Below are positions 59,536-64,000 of a DNA stretch of 64,000 bases, piece by piece. Position 1 is the stretch's first letter. Every line of letters begins with the position of its first letter. The position numbers and the translations under genes were made by a program. The DNA lies in assembly GCF_041146345.1 (NCBI RefSeq), contig NW_027191404.1, forward strand, positions 1,612,001-1,676,000, read 5' to 3'. Source of the stretch: Neodothiora populina (Eukaryota). The notes under the pieces are model-generated. The model was not told the origin of the DNA and did no database searches. It saw only the letters and a program-made list of their open reading frames with translations.

Positions 59536-59591
59536 AGCAAAGCAAAGCAACCTAAGCAAAGCAACCTAAGCAAAGCAACCTAAGCAAAGCA
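59536..59591. repeat. 14-bp tandem repeat upstream of nsdC
   Basis: AGCAAAGCAACCTA x3 plus partial copies. Confidence 0.85.
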
Positions 59592-61916
59592 GCTGCTGGT
59601 CAGAGAGTCGAGGATAATCTAGGCTTATCGCGCGCAGCAAAGCAAGAGACAAGAGAAGGCTGTGGCGGGGGTTGGCTTCTGAACGTCGATGATCCTGACG
59701 TCTCGCCGTCTCAAGGGCTGATTCGTCCGACACGGTACCTTGGGTATCCTAGCGCAACGGTAGACGCAATGTACTCCTAGACAGATGCCATCGCCAAGGC
59801 GGCTAGAGTCCTAACACAGGTACGGTTTGAACAAATGGCGACCTCAGGAACAGGGTAGGAGCGCGGCCTGGTCAGCGGCAGGGGGATGGGGGAAAAGTTA
59901 CGGTACCTCACCGAGCAATAGTGCATCCAATGCGTGCAGTGATGGGAATCTCAGAGCGTGGAAAGAGGATGACGCTTCACACAGCTTTCTTTCCATGCCA
60001 GTGTGCATGGACGGCATCACAGGCATATACTTGTACAGTAATTAAGGTACCTTACCTTACTGTACCATAAGATACTTTTCACTCGACAGAGATGCGCCCT
60101 CCGAAGATCTCGTAGATCCCAAAGGGCTCACGGTTTTTTTTTGTGTTCGGAACGCCTCTCGCCAAAAGGTCCGAGTGAGGTCAGGTAGCAGCTGTGCAGT
60201 TCCAACAGTCGATCGGATGTAGGAACATGGCCCCTACACGCGCATCGTCCCAATTCCCACACACCGCTGAATGCGCATGTGCCGAGCAACCAACGACCAA
60301 ACCCCCGATTGAGGGATTGCTCAGACACACCCTCGTCATTGTTCGACACCTGAAGGACCCACCTTTGATTCAGACCTATGCGTTTATCAGACCTCTCACA
60401 ACGTCTTCGGCGTCTCTTCACAGTAAAAGTACAACATTCAGTAAGGCCAGCCTCACGAGACCATCCGCGGGCGTAGCCGGCACTTTAACGGGCGCAACGC
60501 TGCAAGTCTTCTGCGGGTAGTTGATGTGGTTCCCGCTATTGCATATACTATAACACCGATCGATATTGTGCACATGTCTTATCGCGCCGCCGACGACGCA
60601 CATGTATATAGCACTATGATAGTTCATAACGGACATATTTCGTGATCCCGTTCCTGTTCATACACTATGAAAAAAATCGATCGACCTCCGCTCAATCGAT
60701 CAACCCACTTCGTTCCAACTTTACATGCTAAGCAAGTAAGAATAGTAGCAATACGACATTTTGCGAGGCCGGCTGTTCCGCCGTGGCGTCATGTCTAGCC
60801 CCAAGCTCGAACCGCAGCGGTGAAGGAGGGAGGGCCAAAGAGAGGGGGGAAAAGACAGACGACTTGAGGATGATGGTACAGGGCGTGCGCAATGTCGTGG
60901 TCACTATAAAGTATGCCGTACAGGTACCAGTCGTGGTCGCACGAATGAGAGGGTACAAGTAGCTTTTTCCTTGACAAGCACCAGCCCCGGATGTGATGCC
61001 GTGAGCTGGGTAGGCGGACTTGCCCCTTGGTGATGTGCCTCTTTGCCAAAACGCTCTGCCAGCTGCCAGATGCCGAGCTCAAACGCTGGCGCTACGCACT
61101 TGTTATATGCATGCTACTGTGCTGCTACTGCTATCTTGATGCACCGCACGCACTCACCTGCATAAAAAACCCCACGCACTTCTGCACCTCCAATGTACTT
61201 CTAACACACTGTTTCCATTTTGACTTTTGATGCTGTAGGTATTCGTACGTGTGTTGGTTGCTGTCAAACCTTCCGGGAGAGCGAAGAGCGGCGCGTGCTC
61301 ACTGTAGCTCGGAAGGTTAAACGGCCCAATGTAGAGAGGATCAGCCCCGAGTAGCCAAAGTATCTACTGTACAGTACCTGAAAGCAGGTAGCGTACTGTG
61401 GTTGTAGGCAGGGAAGCACTGCATTATTAGATCACCATTTGCTCTCCTCTCCCCTGTCGGAATCGTGGCTTTCACACCAAGTATCAGGTACCGGTGGGGG
61501 CCCTTCACGTGCGATTCGCCAGGTCCCACTCCGGTGTGGTGGAAGGTTGCCTGGCTTCAGACACCACCATCTGCAAGGGCGAATACAGCCTTATCTTGTG
61601 AACCCTTTTCCCCGGGGTTCTAGCCCACGACACCAATCACAATCGGACCTGAGACAATATAGCAAACAATGGGAGTTTCGGAATCTGTACGTTACACGAG
61701 GGGAATTTGAAACTGTTTTCTTATGGGTGCATTGAAGAACTGTGCAACTATCTGTATGAAAGTCAAGCTTTAAATCTACACTTTGTATCGGGCCATCTCC
61801 AAATTTTATCGTGTTTCCTCCAAGCGTCTGGTGACAACGGAGGTGCTTCTGAATGAGAAATGTACATCGGTTGCACGACCTGGGACGGGAGAGTCTTCAC
61901 CACATCAAGATCTTGC

Positions 61917-64000
61917 TCATGAAATCACCTTCTCGCGGAGCATGCCAATGAATTGGGTTGCGCTAACGCCTTGGTCTGCGCGGTCCTCGACAAGCAGTGT
62001 CTGCGCCCAGAGCCTGAGGCTGGGTTCGCCGTCCTCGCGCACCAGATACAGCGAAGGCACAATGATGCTTCCGCATCCCTTGGCGCGATGGTCTCTGCTC
62101 TTGTCGATGACAGCTCGGACACGCTCGTTCATCTCGCTGTCCAAAACAGGTACACTGGTCTTGCCCTGCTTCAGGGCGTTCTTGTCGTCTGAGCCAAAGA
62201 CATCCAAAAGCAGCGCGGGTACAGCGTCGCGTCCGAGCCAGAGGAACTGCGTCTGACCGTCGTCGATGAGATAAAGACCGAATGACACAATGTTGGCCGA
62301 TGTGAGGTTGAGAGGCGCGGGCATAACGATAGAGCCCGTCTGAGGGTCTGGCAGACCCGCAGCGTCTGGCATGTCGTGTAACGAGTACATGCGCGGGTAG
62401 ATGTACTGGATCATTAATGGTAGAGGCAAAGTCGACAGCAGACATAGCGCCGCTGATCGCAGATCACTGGGGATCTGCGCAGACTTTCGGAGACCGAGCT
62501 AGAGATTTATTGGTGTCAGTGGATGATTGAAGTATATGCACAGTTGTAGACACTCACGTTCTTGATCAGACCAAGGAAAAGGATAGGCAGGCCTCTCAGA
62601 TTGGCGGGGAATTGCAGGCCACCGCCACCCATGTTACCACCAGCAAGCTCCTTCTTGTAAGTCTGAAGAAGCTCGATGACCTTGGCCTGCAGGGCATCCC
62701 TTGCAGCATCAAGACCACTCGATAGGGCACGTTCAACAGCCTTGTGACTGAAGTACGCGGTAATGGCTTGCTGATCTGCACTCGCGTACACATCCGCAAG
62801 GTTTTGCGTGGTCGGTATCGATAGCGTCATGACACGAATGCGACGCTCGCCGTTGCAAGTGGTGTGTAGAACACCGGCCTGCAGACAGACGTATTGCTTG
62901 GTGATGGACTCGTCGATGGCGATTTCAACGACATAGGCTTGGTCACGGGGGAAGGCAGGGAATGCACAAAGATCCGAGCTGCGGTTGAAGAAGTTGCCGT
63001 AGAAGGTGCTTGGGCGAAGGCCGGTGGTGGCGCGAACTCGGAGAACGGCCTCGAGTCCGATTTCTGAGGAAAGGTAATCGCTGAACTCTGTAGCAAACTT
63101 GATGGCGTCCTCTGTCCGTGCCGCGTTCCAAGCTGGGTAGAAGTAAGTCTGACCACCTGTGTACCTCGGTAGGTTGCTCAATGAAGCGACATCCTGGTAT
63201 TGGGAAGAGAAGAGGAACATGTCAATGGATACTTGAGTCTTGGAACATTCGACCGCAAAGCTCTTGTAGAAAGCATTGGCCGTCTGGAGCAGTGAACTTT
63301 CCTTGCTTGTTCCCAGCAATTTTTTATCTTCCCTCATCTCTAGCTTGCCGTAGCCAATGTTAGGCAGGCTAGCGGAGAGAACGACCATCTTACCGCCAAC
63401 ATGCGAGATCATCTTGTGACCAGCGCGGAGTGCAGAGCCCATGGCGGAGAAGCCGTTCTGAGTGTTCTGGAACATGGCTTGAAGCTTGCTGAGGAAGTTC
63501 TCGATATTGGAACGGCATTCGGCCAAGCTGACAAGAAGACCGTCAGGAAGGGGCATGAAGGGCTCGTCCAAGTCGCTCACGACGAGCATGTTGGCATCAG
63601 TCTGGCCGCTGTCATCACGAGGAATCGAGAAGTAGTTGAGGCTTGAGTCTACGGCCATGAAGCCAAGCTTGGTCCTCCTGTCGGCATTCGGGATTCTGTC
63701 GAGACTTTCGGAGATGCATCTCGCCGCTGTCGCAAGGAGTCCGGTGCTGACACTAGCGACACTGACATCGAACAGGAAGAGGTAGACAAGGGGCTGCGGC
63801 GCTCTGACCATGTACTCTTGCGGGGCCACGAATTCCATCACAGAGTAGTTGAGCTCCGGGCGTTGCCATCGGTCGACAGCCTGTTGCTTGACATTGTCCC
63901 AGTCGAAAGCCTGAGGGACATCGTTGGTCAGGTTACACATGTTGCATCTCCATCTGTGGCTGTGGTCCAGGAAAGTGGCGAAAGGGTTGATGTAGGTACG
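61917..64000 (-). CDS. SEC24: COPII coat subunit Sec24, 3' part (5' end beyond the window); exons 62558..>64000, 61917..62498
   Basis: RTYINPF...WRCNMC zinc finger, RPEL...[50 protein letters not shown], gelsolin-like [19 protein letters not shown]. Intron 62499..62557. Confidence 0.96.

Noticed and set aside
59536..59591. 14-bp arrays here and at 48679-48760 as CRISPR-like
   Set aside because: No unique spacers, units too short, eukaryotic context and no cas genes.
61268..61318. AACCTTCCG...CGGAAGGTT inverted repeat as a MITE or ncRNA
   Set aside because: Only a 9-bp stem, single copy, and no clear target-site duplication.
59800..61800. Short ORFs and possible tRNA/ncRNA between nsdC and SEC24
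   Set aside because: No cloverleaf or A/B boxes seen, and the ORFs lack coding-like composition. More likely a long promoter plus the SEC24 3' UTR.
42313..64000. VID27, COP1 and SEC24 as a trafficking gene cluster
   Set aside because: Separated by unrelated genes. Such proximity is plausible by chance without synteny evidence.

Overview
Gene-dense chromosomal DNA from a filamentous ascomycete (Pezizomycotina), with short GT-AG introns and CTRAC/CTRAY branch points. I found no tRNA, rRNA, CRISPR array or recognisable transposon by eye. Gene order: partial DEK-C/HIRIP3-like gene (-), TPS1, mitochondrial ribosomal S17, RNA15/CstF-64, a ~20 kb three-exon gene for a ~6660-aa leashin (LAH, Woronin-body tether), DPH7/RRT2, an eisosome PIL1/LSP1-family gene, a small Arg/Ser-rich orphan ORF, a head-to-head pair of a coiled-coil protein and an atypical HSPA12-like Hsp70 (apparent 1-nt frameshift), a head-to-head MFS transporter plus amidase pair, VID27, a hypothetical protein with a J-domain-like tail, COPI alpha (COP1), a low-complexity hypothetical protein, the C2H2 factor nsdC and partial SEC24. 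The most interesting signal: the spliced Hsp70 partner aligns by eye, motif by motif, with the leashin C-terminal domain a few kb upstream, and both end in a GrpE-like pattern. This suggests an uncharacterised 'atypical Hsp70 + GrpE-like partner' module and a GrpE-like septal-anchor domain in leashin. Leashin intron 1 also has a CAG-TAA-CAG tandem acceptor that could switch between full-length and N-terminal-only tethers. All exon structures and family calls are manual readings without database searches.
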